Part shown: positions 12,832 to 36,647 of the stretch, piece after piece
How positions within the stretch are numbered: position 1 is the stretch's first letter
Layout: each line of letters begins with the position of its first letter
From: the human T2T-CHM13v2.0 reference genome, Homo sapiens
Length of the DNA stretch: 64,000 bases
NCBI RefSeq assembly: GCF_009914755.1
Contig: NC_060925.1
Direction: 5' to 3' (one strand)
The notes under the pieces: generated by a model
The model's database searches: none
What the model was told of the DNA's origin: nothing
Seen by the model: the letters and a program-made list of their open reading frames with translations, nothing else
Position numbers and translations under genes: made by a program

Positions 12832-13680
12832 CTAAAACCACAAATTAGACAAATGAAGTTAAAAAACTAGAAACAGCATTAAAAGCAAATATGTCATCCA
12901 TTATTCAAGCTGCAAATGAAGTCAACTGAGTTAAATGAAGTTAATTGAAATTAAAAGATTAGTGATAACAAAAAAGTATGTTAAACTAGAAAATTGCCAT
13001 CCTTATCTATTTAAATGCCACAATTTAAAAAACACATTCAATTATATAATATTTAAAAATTCTCTCAGTACATCTCAAATATTATCTAAGATAGAATTTT
13101 TTTAGGGTTAACAACCATAAATAAAACTGATTTATTTCTTTATTGAAATTTAGAACTACTACCTAAATACCTTCCTTGGAGCAATGGCTGATTCCGGGTC
13201 AGGGGGAAGAAAATACATAAAATGAGCCTGGTACATCTTATGCCAATAATCTAGGAAGCTATCACAGATGAAAGGGAATGTATCAGACAACATGAAGGGG
13301 CTCTCATTACCAATGACAGGACATTTTGGGCATCAAAAACAATAAAATTAATGAAACACATTAAATATGCCAAACCTGAAAAATTCACAGGGATACAAAA
13401 AAAAAAAAAAAAAGAGGGGTGGGGCAAGGGGGAAGCCTACCCTCCCCACCTACAAAAGACCTTATATTGAACAATTGGAGTAACTAGGTATCACCTGCTT
13501 ACTCTGAAAATTAGTACTTAAGAAACACTAAACATTTATCCTGCCTGTTCTGTAGACATTGTGTTTCAGAGTGACCAGAAAGCCCTAATTAATGAGAAAA
13601 TTATTCTTTACATTGACAGAACATAAAAATCATCATTTTGCAGCCCTTAATGAAATAAGGGACTTATCCAAGAATCTTAG

Positions 13681-13994
<314 letters not shown>

Positions 13995-14045
13995 TTAATG
14001 AATGAAACAATTAGCTCAAAGTAAGGTTTTATAATTTTGGCATTA

Positions 14046-14862
<817 letters not shown>

Positions 14863-14867
14863 CTGCA

Positions 14868-15020
14868 GAGGGCTATCCTGTACACTGTAGGACGCTAAGC
14901 CACATCATTAGTCTCTAACTACTAGTAGCAAGTAGCACCAGCAGTAACAATCAAAAATGTCTTCTAACATTGCCAAACATCTCCTGGAGGACAAAATTCA
15001 CCCCCTGCTGAGAACCACTA
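14868..15020 (+). mobile_element. MER20 (hAT-Charlie) fragment
   Basis: aacaatcaaaaatgtcttctaacattgccaaacatctcctgg...tgagaaccact. Confidence 0.75.
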
Positions 15021-16544
15021 GTTTAAAGTTGATGACAGACTTTAAAAAGGAAGGATCATGCTGTCACCATGTGAATCCACTGATCACTAATTGAAACTAC
15101 TAGACACTATGTGTCTCCTGATGTGATACAATATGAAGTACTCAGCACTTCCAAACTACCTTGCCAAAATACTAAACCTTCATCTATAACCAGAGCTAAT
15201 TTAATTTGCAGAAAATCGAAAATGATACCACATGAAAGCACAGTTAATTCCAAAATGTGGAACATTCTATCAGATAACTTCAGCAAGTCAATGGCACTAA
15301 AAATAAAAACAGAGAGGACAGAAAGAGGATTGCTGTACGTTCAAGGAGACTTGAGACTTAACTGTCAAATGCAATTAATGTGCAGACTGTATTTGAATTC
15401 CAATCCAAACAATCCAAATGTAAAAAGATGCTTTGGATAATCACATCAATTTGATTATAGTCTAGATAACACACTATACCAAAGAAGTGTTATTGGCATT
15501 ATGATTATGTAATAAAATATCCCTATTTGCTTTAAACTAACACAGAAGAAAAGAGGGAAAGGAGGAAAGGGGAATGAACTAAACAGACACACATATAGCA
15601 AATGTTGAAAATTAACTTGAATTTGGGTGATGGGTTTATGGGAACTCTTGTATTCTTCTAACTATCTGAAGATGTCTGAAATCTTCAATAAAAAAATTTA
15701 AAAACTCAGACTCATATATTAATATAACCACTGTGCAAGAGCAGATTCTCTCATTGTTATAAAGGGGGAAAAATCATATCACACTGTCCTAGAACAGGGC
15801 CCCCACCCCCAAATCACTTCTGCTTCTGATGTCTTTTTCAGAGAAGAGGAGATTAGATTTTGCCACAACAAACAGTTCACACAATGGGATACTACAAATT
15901 TACTCAAAAGAAATGGGTAAGCCCTATGTGTTCTGATGTGGAAAGATGTATAAGAAACCGGTTAAGTCTGGGGAAGCTGCAGAACAATATTTATGCTGTA
16001 TGTTTGGAACTTCATTTCCTACCTTGGTGTATTTCAGTGAAGCCTAAACAGTTGTAATCATAAATTACTTTTGTAATCAATAAAATTTATTTTGCATTAA
16101 ACCCTAAAGCTTAATTTTTTGTGCTATAAAGTCCAACTGCTTCCAATTCTCAAAATTGAGAAATGGTTCTGATCACAATCCAGAGACTTTCGTTATAAAA
16201 TTATCCTTGTGCACCTACTGATTACTGACCTCTGAAATGAAGGATGTTTTAACGCCACCATATTGACTTGAAGGGAGTTTTAATTACGAATATAAGCATT
16301 TTAATTAGCCTTACACCTATAACCACAAAATACACTATGAAACAAAAGCCTATCAAGCCTACTTCTTTGATTAATGTTCCATAAAAAGCAGTCAAACTAT
16401 TTCTGATAATCTATAAATTCATTTTTAGTTATTGCTTTTGCTCATCAATTCTTTTCATTTAAACTTCACATAAAAATTTTATTAATCAATCAGGTTTGTA
16501 TACATACCAAATTTTAAGGTATAGTGTCTATCTATGAAGATTCT

Positions 16545-17100
<556 letters not shown>

Positions 17101-17260
17101 CTGGCAGTTTTAATCGGTTTTTTTATACACTGACAATTTTTATTAGTTATGTTCATTATAAACTACATAAAATGTTGATAGTTTGTATCTATTTCTGAGC
17201 TGCTCCATAAATGAAAAGAGCTACACTGATATTCTAGGCTTGCTTTAAAAATCAAGAATG

Positions 17261-17576
<316 letters not shown>

Positions 17577-18296
17577 TCACAAAGCCAAAGTCAAAATTTT
17601 TTCGGGTCAAATACTCCTTTTCTAAAAATTAAGAGTAAAAAACACATTTTAAGGTTAGCTCTTCCTTTCTTCATAAACCAGAGACTCACAATTTTCAAAA
17701 ACTGAAAGCACTTGGAAAAAAGTAATTTTATAAATACAAGCATTTAAAGGAGAAAAAGTATTTCATTTTCTTTGAATCTGAATAGAATTACTTCTATTTT
17801 AGGATGTTATTTTGTGAGAAAGACTTTTAGTTACTGTTATTTCCTAATATTTTATTTCTATCTTGGTGTTACCACACAAACATAAACAATATGCCAAGAA
17901 CACTATGTTAGATCCTACATTGCTGGGTAATTTCATATTGGCTGATAAGGCTCAAGATTTCTTATATTTAGCCCTTATTCCAGCATTTACTTAAGAATAG
18001 ATCTTATTCAGGTATGTAAATGAAAACAAATAAAATCAATTATCACTACCTTTCTCAAGGCCTACTTGAGAACATATGAACACCTGATCAACAAAACAGT
18101 ATCTTATGCAAGAAGTATCCACTGTGCTCAGGTCCAGACAATAAAAAAGATTTTAAAATACCTTTTTTTTTTTTATAGATAGGAAGATATCTTTTATTTT
18201 ACTCCAGCTGCTATAAAAAAATTTGGCTACTTTAAAAAATATTGCATCAGAATATCCAGGTGCTCCATTTTTGGTTTCAAGTAAAGAACTGATTAC

Positions 18297-18477
18297 CTGA
18301 TGCTTCAACTTCATTTTGATTGCATGACAAGTCATCCAAACATAGGTCAACAAGAAGGATCTGTCCAACATCAGTGACCACAGCTGCCACTCCAAAAAGC
18401 CATCGCAGACTTGGATGTAAATGCTGAGTGCTTGCACTGGCTCCTCCATGATTAATTATAGGTTCAATAGCTGTTAC
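18297..18477 (-). CDS. AHCTF1: AHCTF1 exon 4 ([12 protein letters not shown]...NEVEAS)
   Basis: ttttctag| acceptor, G|gtaatc donor, 181 nt, frame continuous. Confidence 0.96.
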
Positions 18478-19314
18478 CTAGAAAACATAATACGTGATTT
18501 GCTTTTCTTCTGCAAAGTAAGAAAATATAATTAACACAATAAATTTAAGTTAAAGCAGGTTATCAGTTATAATAGATTTAAGACTATAGAGTAAATTTGC
18601 ATTTGATACTTGTGATCTGAATAATGAAATCTTCAGCTATACTAGGAATTACACCATTACTCAATACATAGAAAAATCACGCAGTTGGACTAACAATTGA
18701 TGTTGACTGAGAGCTTACTGATACGCCAGGCATTGTGTTACCTGGCTCATTCAATGTTCATGACAATGCTTTGATAGTAGACTATGTGTGAGTACTTCTC
18801 TTTAAAGATGAAATAACCTGAGGCTTAGAAAGTCAGTCTAGTTATTCAAGCCATAAAATCATTACGCATAAAACGCAAACCTAAATTGTTCTCATTTTAA
18901 AGCTCTTAAACAGCTACTCTAGGATTCTATGGCCTCTTCTCCTAAGAGTAAAAACTAATCATTCCAGAAAAATTTACTGTTTACTCTTTAAAAAACAACA
19001 AAAAAGATATTTTAAGTCCTCTTTATACCTTAAAGACTGAAGAGGTCTAACCTTCTTTCTATTGGACTTCATATAAAGCTCTGGCAGTCACTGGATCACT
19101 GACACTTAACAAGAATTGCTATTATTTAAAGAAAAGTATACTTTAGCTATTTTATGGAGTCATATTTTTCCCCTTCATCTCATGAGTCAAATTTTAAATG
19201 TCTATAACTAGTCATCCATATTTTATACTTGTCTTTCCTTCAGTTTCCTATTAATTCATAAAAATTAATTAGGTATGATATATGATAAAATGTTTGGTGA
19301 TTTCTACGCTAATA

Positions 19315-19396
19315 CAGGTTGAACATCCAAATCCAAAAGTCCAAAATCTAAAACACTTCTAGTCCCAGGCATTTTGGACAGGGGATTCTCAACCTG
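19315..19396. mobile_element. Miniature Tigger4/MER46-like element, 82 bp
   Basis: TA|caggttgaacatcc...ggattctcaacctg|TA: terminal inverted repeats with TA target duplication. Confidence 0.8.
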
Positions 19397-20081
19397 TACT
19401 GATGAATGTTCTGGCAAGAAAAGAAAATATCTGATATCAATGATTCATGTGTTAAAAAGATTAAAAGTTGTTTCAGGCTGTAACTTACTACAGACAAAAG
19501 CCTGGCTCTTTCTCTATATCAGTATACAAAACATTACTCAGTGTTTCTAATTCTGAAAGCTGTAACTTCATCACTTTTTCTTTTCTAATTACTGTAATAA
19601 TGTCTATAAATACTAAAGCATATTCAATTCCTCAGTGAGGAGTAGCGAATCTAAGTTTACATTCCTCATAAAAATACTATATGAAGTGATTAATACTATT
19701 ACCTTAATTTTAGAAGACAAAAATAAACATAATGAGTGTATACTGCACCCTACCCAAAAAACAGCTAGTAGGTTGAACTTTTGAAAGTGTCTATCGCTAC
19801 TCCCCCATCTTTTCCTTATTCTATATTCTCTCTTCCATACACCAACCATGCATTCAACTGAGCAACCAGTTCAGGAACCTTGTTTCTTCTCAATTCCTCA
19901 TCCAAATGATCAATGAGTGTCCATGTTTCCTTCTGTATGTGTTCTGAATCTGCCCCATCTTCTCCATTTCTACTGTCATTTCCTTGGTTCAGCTCCTCAT
20001 CATTATTTACCTGAATGGCAATAGTCTACTTGTTTCTATTCTCACAATATCCTCGCTGACCCAATCCAAGCAAGCCTTTTA

Positions 20082-20457
<376 letters not shown>

Positions 20458-21206
20458 TCACAATCTAAAACCTAACGTTTCTGGCCCCCTATTCTTCCTT
20501 CCCCTCATCCCTCCCTCAGCCATTCTAAATCAAGTCTAGTTTCCCAAATGCTCCCTGTACTACTATTTTTCCATGCTAGTCTCTTTATCTAAAATGTCCA
20601 ACTCTTTTGACTAGAAATTACCCATTCTACATGTTCCAAGTGCTTAAATTTATTAAAGTATTCACTATATTTATGCTAGTCTTATTCATTTGTCTTCTCC
20701 CACTAGACTATAAGCTCTCTAAAAGCACAGACCAAGTTCAATTTATTCATCCTGGGAATCTAACATATATTTTCCATAATGCTCCAATCCAAGACTATTG
20801 TCGCAAATTTAAAAGGTAAAAACATTTTAAAAATTGAATAGTAATGAATACATTTTTATAAACTTCGAGTGTCCTCATAGAACACAACTGGAGATAAGAA
20901 CAAGATTTAGATGATACTTTTCACAAAAAAAGAGTATCAGAACATTACATGTCATTGCTATTTTTACTCTGGAACGTTTTAACCAATAAGAAAGTTACAT
21001 TTTAAATGTTAAGTTCCTTGAATAACATATCATCTTTAACCTCATTTTTATTCTAAACACTTTACCTAAGAGTAACACATTTACATAAAAGTATACAAAT
21101 TGTAAATGTTGCGGGTCAGTGAAATTTCAAAAAGTAACACACCTATATAACCAGCAGGGGTTCAGTTTTGAAAGAGAAATGTCCAGGTATCTTAAACAGT
21201 ACCTAC

Positions 21207-21460
21207 CCTTCCAGGAAGAACAACTGCTTTAACTACTTTTGATATTCCAAGGTCATAAAGACAGAGAACACTCCCTTCTGTTTCTTCCAATCCTATTAAT
21301 AATCCAGTTCTCTTCTGCCAAGAGAATTCTTTCACAGCTAAAACTACAGGAGGCTGTTCATTGACTCCACTGAATCTGTAAGCAGACAATCGCTCTCCTG
21401 TTATAGAGTTTACTACCTCAAGTTGTGGACCACAAGCCAAGCAAGCAAGTCCATTTTTCC
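21207..21460 (-). CDS. AHCTF1: AHCTF1 exon 3 ([12 protein letters not shown]...VVLPGR)
   Basis: ttcttctag| acceptor, AGG|gtaggt donor, 254 nt, phase-compatible (cumulative 375 nt). Confidence 0.97.
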
Positions 21461-21632
21461 CTAGAAGAAAAAAAAATTGCCTATTTTAATATTGTATATA
21501 CACAAAACATGCAATAACGGTTAGCTCATTTACATACAACTATATGTTCATTACATAAAACTTTACATATTATCTCCACATTGAAATCTTTTAATCAAGC
21601 AACTATCATTACAATAATAATAGTCATTCAGT

Positions 21633-21733
21633 GGCGTGAACCTGGGAGGTGGAGCTTGGAGTAAGCCGAGATCATGCCACTGCACTCCAGCCTGCGTGAC
21701 AGAGCAAGACTTCATCTCAAATAATAATAATAA
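21633..21733 (+). mobile_element. 5'-truncated AluY-like right-arm insertion
   Basis: ggcgtgaacctgggaggtggagcttg...; long TSD aataataatagtcattcagt on both sides. Confidence 0.88.
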
Positions 21734-23314
21734 TAGTCATTCAGTAAAAGCCACCACCATGGTATGTGCTTGAATGTTATCTCATTTATTCCTTATCACA
21801 CCTCAATGTAGAGATAAGGCAGCTAAACCTGAATACTGTTTAACCTTCCCAAAGTCAAAAAGTAGCACAGGCAGAAGTAGATCCCAAGCCTGTTTAACTC
21901 CAAAACTCATGCTTTAACTACTAAGGCTTAAACGATTTAAACTAGAAGTTATGGCAGTTATAAAATAGAACATATTATTCTATCCCTAAAGAGTTCACAG
22001 TCCAATTAAGAAATTAAGACATAACTAGCATAATGATAGGAAGTCTCAGAACCTCTTCTCCGCCTATTAGTCATGTTTGGATTTCACCCTGCCTGCAATG
22101 TAAAGTCATAGAGGTGACTATCTGATTTAAATCAAGTCAGTAACTATCTGATTTATGCATGTTTTTAAATGTTACTCCAGCTGCTAAGCAAAGAATGGAC
22201 AAGGAGAAGCACAGAGTAGCAGCACTGGGTGGAAGACGACACCTGCTAGGTGACCGAATAGAGAAAAGTGGGTTGACTGGAGATTCAACTTAGAGGGAGA
22301 ACTAATTGGATTTCCTTGCTGATGAATGAGACACAGGGAGGTGAGTAAAACAAGAATCAAGTACAGACTCCGAATTTCTGCTTGAGCAACCAGATGAATG
22401 GTAACTTCTAAATTTGAGATGTCCATCAAGCATCCAAGTACATTAGTTGGATATGTAAGTTTATAGCTAAGGGAGGCCACAGTTTAAGAAAGTAGCATGG
22501 TACAGTGGGGTCTGAGAACGCCAAGGTTCCAAGATCCTTTCTGCCACTTACCTGTATAACTGGGATCAAATAAATGATTTCATTCTCAGTTACACAGAAT
22601 AGTGGCTACTTAGAAAAAAGTTTTACACCACTCCAATGAAGTCATTGTACAATGCCTGGCATATAGAAAGTACTGTTGTTCCTTTTAACATTCAAGAGAA
22701 TGGCGCTGTCAAGAGAGAAATGACTGATACATATGTTTTGCTCTCTGCCTGCTGGGAAGATGGCTACGAAGCTTATATTCAGAAAAGTCTTCTGCAATAT
22801 CTTTCATTAGAACAAGATCCATAAGAGAAAGCCTTCTTTAGTATGGTTCTCTGATGTATTACACAATCTAAGTTACACATTAAGATCTTATTCAGGTAAA
22901 TGAAATCAGAAAACGAGATTTTCTGAAAATTTTATAACATCTAGGGCCCTGGACTTTTCTACTCATGACACTGTTCAGGTTCTAATCCAAACTCATCACC
23001 AATAAAACTTCCTAATTATAAGGAAAAACTAGTTGCATGTTACTTCTACTTCCCAAACATAGATAATACTAAGATACAAAACACATGAGATTTTTAATAA
23101 GGAAAAATTAACTATAACCCCCCCAATCAGAGGTTCACTGATAACGTGTTTAAGAGCTTATAGATGTTATATATGTAACTGTAGATGTTACATATTTAAG
23201 ATCACTCAGGTTCTGCTTTTTCTTCTTCCACATAAAGAAACTATAATATATACTTATTATTATTTATCTTACAAATCAATTGTATTAGTAAATGTTCAGT
23301 GACATTATGTTTAC

Positions 23315-23435
23315 CTGCAGCAAACTTTCCACGAAGCACAGATTCTAATGTTATTTCGTCTTCTCCAAGGGCTTGAAGAGTCACTTCTGGAAATGGCAGG
23401 AGACCACTAGTCACTTGAGCTCTTAAGTCTCGCAT
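23315..23435 (-). CDS. AHCTF1: AHCTF1/ELYS exon 2, coding part (exon 23315-23442; ATG at 23435): [10 protein letters not shown]...GKFAAG
   Basis: Translation matches the ELYS N-terminus as I recall it; acceptor tttacag| before 23442; donor G|gtaaac at 23314; 121 coding nt. Confidence 0.97.
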
Positions 23436-23578
23436 ACTTCCACTGTAAATATTTTTAAAAGAAAACATTATTATGACACATTTGTAGACAATATACTTGA
23501 TTATGTCCAGCCAGGAAAAACAGTAAAAGCCACCAACAAAATAAAGAAAAACTAAAATCTGGTTACAAAATACATATT

Positions 23579-26220
<2,642 letters not shown>

Positions 26221-27147
26221 TTATATAAGGTTAAAAAGACACGCAGAACTAAGCAAAATATTGCTTAAGGATGCAAACATGACAAAACTATGAAAAAAAC
26301 AAAGAAAAAATAAACACAGAATGCACAGTGGATTTGAGAGAGAAAGCGGAAGAATATACGAGGGACTCTGAAGTAGTGGTAATGTTCTTTCTCTAGAACT
26401 TGGTGCTGAGTACACAGGTATTCACTGCACCGTGATCTTCTCTAGCTTATATTCTTTTGCACCCACTCACCAAATAAATTATTTTGTACCTACTTAATAC
26501 TCAACAAAAACAAACTCAAAGGATAAGTAAAAAAGTAAACTAGAAAGCCCCCAAAATTTATTCAGAATGCAGCACAAAGGGATGAGTAGTTTTAAATTAT
26601 AGATAAGGAAGATCTAAGATATGCCTAATCAGAATCCCTCCAAAAATATAGTACTAATAGGAAGAAGCAATATATTTCCCAGATTTACAGACACACCGAT
26701 TCCCTGAGTCAGGAAGTCCAGTGAATCCTAGGAACTACCAAAAAAGAGAAATGACTCAACAACAGTAGTAGAAACCGCAATTCTGGAATATCTTCAGAAG
26801 TCTAACCAAAAGTAACTGCCAACATAATTATATATTACTGAAAGGATCCTTAACAAATACGAAATATGTTTTTAGACAAAAAAGTTTGCTTAAAGGAAAT
26901 GTTAAAGGATTCAAGAAGGCTTCAGGTAGAATAGAGATCAGATAGAAGGTCTGAGAGGCAGCAAGAATGATGATGTCAAAGTACTGGTATATACACAGAA
27001 AAAAATCTAAACACTGACTACACAACAATAATAATGGCTGTGTGGAGTTTAAATAAACCATACAGAGTCTTCTTACTGCCTGAGAGAATAAAGATACATT
27101 GGTATATTTTAGACTTTGTTACATATCCATGTTGAAAACATATACAG

Positions 27148-28520
<1,373 letters not shown>

Positions 28521-28793
28521 ATTATAATAACTGAAACAATGTGATATAGGCTAGTAATGGACAAACAGGTCAACAAAACAGATAAAATAATCTAGACACA
28601 GAATCACTAAGTTCAGCAGATGGTAAAAAGCTATTTGGATATTTCAATTCAGAGCAGACATGTGGACTCTTCAATCAACATTTCTGGTATAATGTGCTAC
28701 TCATCTGCAGCAAAGACATTACACACGGCTAGAGTGAAGTGGTGGAAGTGACACATTGCTTTACATTCCTCCCCTAGTATCTAGCAAATGAAA

Positions 28794-28829
28794 TGTGTGC
28801 GTGCATGCGTGTGTGTGTGTGTGCGCGTA
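28794..28829 (+). repeat. Alternating purine-pyrimidine (TG/CG) tract
   Basis: tgtgtgcgtgcatgcgtgtgtgtgtgtgtgcgcgta. Confidence 0.85.
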
Positions 28830-30543
28830 GCACACAGGAGCAGGTACAGAAGAAAGAAGGTGAGTTCACAAAATCCAGAGAATTCTAACATCCTTCAGTG
28901 TGTGTGGGGTGAAGTGAAATGAAGGGGGAAATAGATAACCCCAGGAAAACTCCAGGTCTGGAAGTCCCTAACTACATACTATGCCACAGGACCTGAGCAG
29001 AGGGCCATGTTTCAGGGAACTGTGCTGCTGTTTTGGGAGAAAGGTGAAGGCCCAAAGGCGTAGAATATAAATCTGGCAAAAGAGAGATCCGAGGTACAAG
29101 TCATTACCGTTTCTCAGCACTCCCCCTCCTATCTATTGAGTACAGAAAGGACTACATTCAGTTCCAACACCCAGCCCAAGCCATTCTCACAGAAGAGAAT
29201 CAATACTATCAAACTGAAACCTGTGGTAAAATAACAGGATAACAGCCACTTCTAACAGATGTGTTTAACTTTAAAAAATTTATAAAGAAATATTTACATT
29301 AAAAGAACTACTATAAATTTAACAATTCCTTTCAGTTTTCTTATGAAATTAACTATTTCTAAAAATTAGCATTTCATACAATAGTCTCTATGAATTCTTC
29401 CATCTGTTTATCTTTAAACAGAGATATCTGAAATATTCACAAAACATTAGTGCCGTTTATTTTTGTGTGATGCAAATTTGTGATTTGCTCATTTCAGTAT
29501 GGCTTGGATTTCTTATAAAATCAATAATTAAAGAATTTTAAAACATATATATATAAAATAAAAATGCAACTTTAAAAATACAGTACATATTTATGTAGCC
29601 TTAGGATGGGAACAAGGCAAAAATCAACCTAACGTTCTTTCTTGTCATTCTTATTCTCTCCACATCTTAGTCCCCTCCCCCAAAAAAATTTATGTGAAAA
29701 AAACATTTCAAAGATTCACTCAAAAAATTAAAATATATGAGTTATCATTTTCTGTTCAGGCTATAAATGCTATCTCCTAGACAAAAACTTGATGGACTGC
29801 CTCAAAAACTTAATCACATATGTCACCATTAAGTCACAAAACCTAAAAAGTTATGTTTGAGATTTCCAAGTCATCAAAAGTAGAAGTTTGCTTTTTATTA
29901 TCCAAAACAGATCCAAAAGTCTAACCTAATATAAAGGGTGTGTGCATCAATAGGAAGCTATGACCATTAGCCTCCAATACAAAACCCTCATGAGGGTCCT
30001 ATACTCAAGCCTTAGTTGCTCTTATATACACAAATGGACCCTATTCATCTCCTAAGTAGCTTAGTACCAAAAAAATTTTTAGAGAAACAGATGGAAAAGG
30101 CCAGAATCACATTGTTACTATGTTGTTTTCCCCTCTGACAGCCTTTTATATAGCTTGATAAAACTAGTTTAATGATGAACTGAAGTTAACACATTTTTCC
30201 TACTAAACTTAAAACCAAAGTAAGTCAACCAGAACCAAAACCTTCAGAATTCCATGCAGTAGCTTTTTACAAAGTGTATTCAGAAGAGTGCTAATGGATA
30301 ATGAGCAAAAAAGTTCCATGATCCCTATACTTCAATCAAAATCATCTCAATACAATTTTGGAAAGATTTTCACAAAATCCAAAGTCCAAAGGATAACACA
30401 CAAAAAGCATTTTTTGGAAAATGAAATATAGTAAATGTTCTATTTCTTAGGCTGGGTGAGTTTTGTTATGTTGTTTGAATGCAAAACAAAGATGATATAG
30501 AAGTACTAGCTCTAAGAGAATAAAGCCACAGTATTTAAACTGT

Positions 30544-35828
<5,285 letters not shown>

Positions 35829-36204
35829 TGAGAATAAATATCGTTTAGGATTTCCCCAAAGGATTTACGTTTTGTTCTATGAAGAACCCAGTTCTTCCAA
35901 AAATTTCTACAACTGACGATTTGGAAATAAAAATAACGCTCATCTCATAAAACTTTGCACACAGATAGTATGAACCTCGTAAGCTTTGAGAACAAAATTT
36001 CCCCATCTCTCAAAACAAAACACCCAAACCAAAACAGTCAACCAGTGGCAAAAGAAACCGTCCTGTTTCCCAGGTAGGAAAAAGGAAGGCAAAGCACCCC
36101 AAGATGTGCTTTTATTTTAAATCTCCTTGATCTGACCAATCGGGTGAGCTGGAACCTCACGGCTGAGCCCCGAGTCCAACTTCTTCCCCGCCAGGACTAC
36201 TCAC

Positions 36205-36302
36205 TGTGGCCAGGCCCAAGCGCATGTGGAACACACGCCAACACAGGACAGGCTCAGCACGCCGGCCGCTTCCCTCGGGGAAAGGCCCGCCAACGAGTCC
36301 AT
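36205..36302 (-). CDS. AHCTF1: Alternative first exon 1c, coding part: MDSLAGLSPREAAGVLSLSCVGVCSTCAWAWP(HGS), 35-aa extension
   Basis: ATG at 36302; strong donor CA|gtgagt at 36204; 98 nt plus 7-nt exon-2 leader is in frame with the main ATG. Confidence 0.6.
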
Positions 36303-36383
36303 CGCGTGGGAGAACAGTGGGAAAGGGTCGCGGCCCCGGCCGTCCGTAAAGGGACCCGACTGCCGGCGCAGGACGCGAACCAC

Positions 36384-36403
36384 CAGCGCCGCTCCGCCGC
36401 CAT
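36384..36403 (-). CDS. AHCTF1: Alternative first exon 1b, coding part: MAAERR+TG, giving MAAERRCGS-MRDL...
   Basis: ATGGCGGCGGAGCGGCGCTG|gtggtt; TG plus exon-2 leader TGGAAGT = TGT GGA AGT, in frame with ATG 23435; agrees with my recall of a longer ELYS isoform. Confidence 0.75.
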
Positions 36404-36554
36404 GTGCCGCCGCTCCTCCGGTCCGAGATTATGTAACGAAGCCCGGCGCCCGCGAGCCTGCCGTACCCGCCACCGCCACCGCTCGCCCCCTCGAGCCCCA
36501 TCCGTTGGCCCCGCGCACGCCCGGCCTAGGCCCGGCGCTCGCGGGGCAGAAGCC

Positions 36555-36581
36555 CCGCCGCCGCCGCCGCCGCCGCCGCCG
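36555..36581 (+). repeat. (CCG)9 trinucleotide repeat (CGG on the AHCTF1 sense strand)
   Basis: Read directly: nine uninterrupted CCG units. Confidence 0.95.
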
Positions 36582-36647
36582 CGGGTCCAGGCCGCGCGAC
36601 CCGCCCTCCGCCGCGCGGGCCCAACCCCCTCCCTCCCTTCCCCCTAC

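Noticed and set aside
18153-18449. 98-aa minus-strand ORF overlapping exon 4
   Set aside because: Alternative frame of the real exon running into intron; not phase-compatible with neighbouring exons
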